From NCBI GenBank assembly GCA_963848305.1, contig CAWKDC010000001.1:1216001-1280000 (forward strand): a stretch of DNA of 64,000 nt. Reading direction: 5' to 3'. Below are positions 61,865-64,000 of this stretch, piece after piece. Every line of letters starts with the position of its first letter. Positions within the stretch are counted from its first letter, which is position 1. Position numbers and translations under genes: made by a program. This DNA is from an uncultured Gammaproteobacteria bacterium. GTDB lineage: Bacteria > Pseudomonadota > Gammaproteobacteria > JABCZS01. The notes below the pieces were generated by a model that searched no databases, was not told the origin of the DNA, and saw nothing but the letters and a program-made list of their open reading frames with translations.

Positions 61865-63394
61865 TCAGTGTTCCTGTTCATTTTTTGATTGATTGGAAGG
61901 GGCGTTGAAAAAAATATCAGTGATGATTTGCTCAATTTTTAAAACCTCATCATTAGAAAGGAAGTCAAAAAATTTCACCTTTTTAGCTTTAGATAACTTT
62001 CCTTTATTGTCTAGAGATATTTTGATGAACAAATCAATTTTTTTGTCTGGCATGTCGACCACATCTTGAATGGCTATTTTTGAACGATCATACTTTAATA
62101 TGAAATCCAGTTCTTCTACCAGGTCGCATTCAATTGTTTTTTGCAATGTTTCATATAAATACTCCACCATTCTCGTGGCATCAAAGTATTGATAAAAACA
62201 AACGGTCTCATTCGGAACAGTGAGCACCCCTTCATCACTCAGTTTATAGAGAACTCGCGATAATAAAGGTCTTGAAAAAGATTCCAGGCAGGCATCATAT
62301 GCTTTTGGTTGTGCAAGCATGACTGCCGAAACTGGGAAAATAATACCAGCAGGAGAGAAGCCAGTGCGTGTCAGCAAATAATGAATCAGTAATCGATGTA
62401 AGCGTCCATTGCCATCTTCAAAGGGATGAAGGTATACAAAAGCAAATGCGCAAACTGCCGCAGTGGCAATGGAGTCAATATTGCTTGTTTGCATGCGATG
62501 GGTGAGTTCCAAAAAACCATTCATCAACATGTTGAGATCTTGTGGTTGAGGAGAAATGAAGTGAATAATTTCACGATATCCTGGTAATGATTGACCGACA
62601 TAATTTTGTGTCTGTCGATAATCTTTGTCTGCAAATCGTTCTTCAACGATGATATTTTGCAATTCAATTAATGTGGCTTTTGTGATTTCACTTAAATGTT
62701 CGATTTCTTGCAATGCTTGTACAAATCGGACTGTTCGTTTTAAGGTGGGCTGCTCCCTTTCAATCGCAAAAGAAGATTTTGTTTCTTTAAGATACAAGAA
62801 TTGGCTTGCTCGATGTACGATATCGCTTGGATATTTTTCGATGATGTCTGATGCTTTTTCATGTAATTTCAAATTGATGAGCTGATTAATGCGATCTGTT
62901 TTTCGTGCCAGTGGACAAAAGTGAGTATTACCTAATAGATTATTATTAATTCTTTGTCTAGAGCATTTAACAGCATCGGCGGTAAAATATGCATCTTCTG
63001 GTAACAAGTCAATGTAGTTGCCCATTTTTAAATCATCAAGAGGTAACCTCCTTTCTAATAAAAATTCATAAAGAAACCATATTTTTCGAATATATTTACC
63101 TGTAGGTTGAGATTGAGCCAGCTCTACCATCTCATCTATGGAAGTTTCAACAAAAATTGCTCTTAATATTTCCAAATTGACGCCATCATATTTGAGTGCA
63201 AACTCAAGTTGCGAAGCGAGGGTTTTTTGTGGTAAAAATGATTTAGGATAAATATGTATTTCAATGCCATGCTGCTTCTCGATGCTGCCTATGCCTTTCA
63301 GAGAAATGTAAGATTGGCGAAAATGAGGCAGCACAGATTGCCGAAGGGTGTTTACAAAGAATTGGTACCCTGCCGGGATAAGTTCACTGTCCAT
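61865..63394 (-). CDS. Fic family protein with long N-terminal domain
   Basis: Canonical HPFEDGNGRLHR motif; FALKYDGV.L, KETKSSF.IE.E. Confidence 0.93.
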   Translation of the reverse strand: MDSELIPAGYQFFVNTLRQSVLPHFRQSYISLKGIGSIEKQHGIEIHIYPKSFLPQKTLASQLEFALKYDGVNLEILRAIFVETSIDEMVELAQSQPTGKYIRKIWFLYEFLLERRLPLDDLKMGNYIDLLPEDAYFTADAVKCSRQRINNNLLGNTHFCPLARKTDRINQLINLKLHEKASDIIEKYPSDIVHRASQFLYLKETKSSFAIEREQPTLKRTVRFVQALQEIEHLSEITKATLIELQNIIVEERFADKDYRQTQNYVGQSLPGYREIIHFISPQPQDLNMLMNGFLELTHRMQTSNIDSIATAAVCAFAFVYLHPFEDGNGRLHRLLIHYLLTRTGFSPAGIIFPVSAVMLAQPKAYDACLESFSRPLLSRVLYKLSDEGVLTVPNETVCFYQYFDATRMVEYLYETLQKTIECDLVEELDFILKYDRSKIAIQDVVDMPDKKIDLFIKISLDNKGKLSKAKKVKFFDFLSNDEVLKIEQIITDIFFNAPSNQSKNEQEH

Positions 63395-63523
63395 CAGCCG
63401 TGCTCCCTATGATTAAAAAACGGGCTATTTCAATAAAAATGATTATAGCACATAAAAAACGATTAAAAAACTACATTTCTCCAAAAAAACAATTATTTTA
63501 TGCCTGTTTCAAGCCTGATCGCC

Positions 63524-64000
63524 ATGGTCAAACTTGGTTAACATTTGACTGCTTGGGGCTGCTCTTGGTACTGTGGCCACTGATGAGCTGAGTAGCTCGG
63601 GAGGATGTGGTGGCTAGAGAAAAAGTTAAACTTCATGAAGATATTAATGTTGCTATGAAAGAGGGTGATCATACCCGGCTCAACGAACTGCTCGCGTCTG
63701 CTGAACAAGGCAGTGCTCGAAAAGAGGCTCAAGCCTATGCTCTTGATACAGCTCTCTTTTATGCTGGGGAGTGAGCCGAGAAGAATGATACCGCCCTGCT
63801 TTCAACTGTATTGGCAAATCATGATGCTCCTGTGGTTGCGCTAGACCAAGGGCTGTCTTATCTCATCGGCAAATCAGCATTAATTCCTGAATACCAGGTG
63901 AATAATTTCAACAAGATATTGCCCAAGATCATTCCGCTTTTATTCGAGCGTTGCCCTGCAGCTCAAAAAGCCGACGTGTTTCAAAAGGCGCTTCTCGCTG
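63524..64000 (+). pseudogene. Disrupted hypothetical gene running off the window end
   Basis: A protein-like frame (LGLLLVLWPLMS*VAREDVV…YAGE*AEKNDTALL…) continues through in-frame TGAs at 63589 and 63772. Confidence 0.4.

Noticed and set aside
63524-64000. TGA recoding (Trp, Gly or Sec) suggested by two in-frame TGAs
   Set aside because: TGA is the normal stop of rpiA, hemC, surA and others here and Trp is encoded by TGG; a pseudogene or low-quality sequence is more likely
1-64000. CRISPR arrays, tRNA/rRNA genes, intact IS elements or prophage genes
   Set aside because: No regularly spaced repeats, cloverleaf signatures, transposase or phage structural motifs were seen by eye

Overview
A 64-kb chromosomal segment of a mid-GC (about 45% by eye) gammaproteobacterium. 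A Legionellales/Coxiellales-like, host-associated lifestyle is an inference from gene content only. The backbone is housekeeping: rpiA, cytochrome c oxidase assembly genes (SURF1-ctaA-ctaB-SCO) separated by ~25 kb from coxB-coxA-ctaG-coxC, icd, tsaC, hemCDXY, a reduced L-Ara4N (arn) cluster, rpe, djlA-murU-amgK/lptD-surA, rsmA/apaG, typA, nudE/def, queH, a P1B-ATPase, lptM-lysA-dapF-xerC, yadGH, rpmE and rmuC. Accessory genes are interspersed: a cluster of Cys-rich secreted repeat proteins, three AAA_14/DUF4143 ATPases (two decayed), a decayed VapBC pair, LuxR+SnoaL, Fic and several effector-like orphans. About a dozen small indels split conserved genes (lptD, tsaC, typA, xerC and others), most likely assembly errors. 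I saw no tRNA, rRNA, CRISPR array or intact IS. Best novelty candidates: (1) a 705-aa orphan that looks like a circularly permuted MetB/cystathionine-lyase-type PLP enzyme; (2) a Cys-rich helix-disulfide repeat family inserted in the cox assembly locus; (3) a Pro-rich orphan carrying eukaryotic cyclin-docking and phosphodegron-like motifs; (4) a probable 4.9-kb inversion between surA and apaG. All family assignments come from motif recognition by eye, not from database searches.
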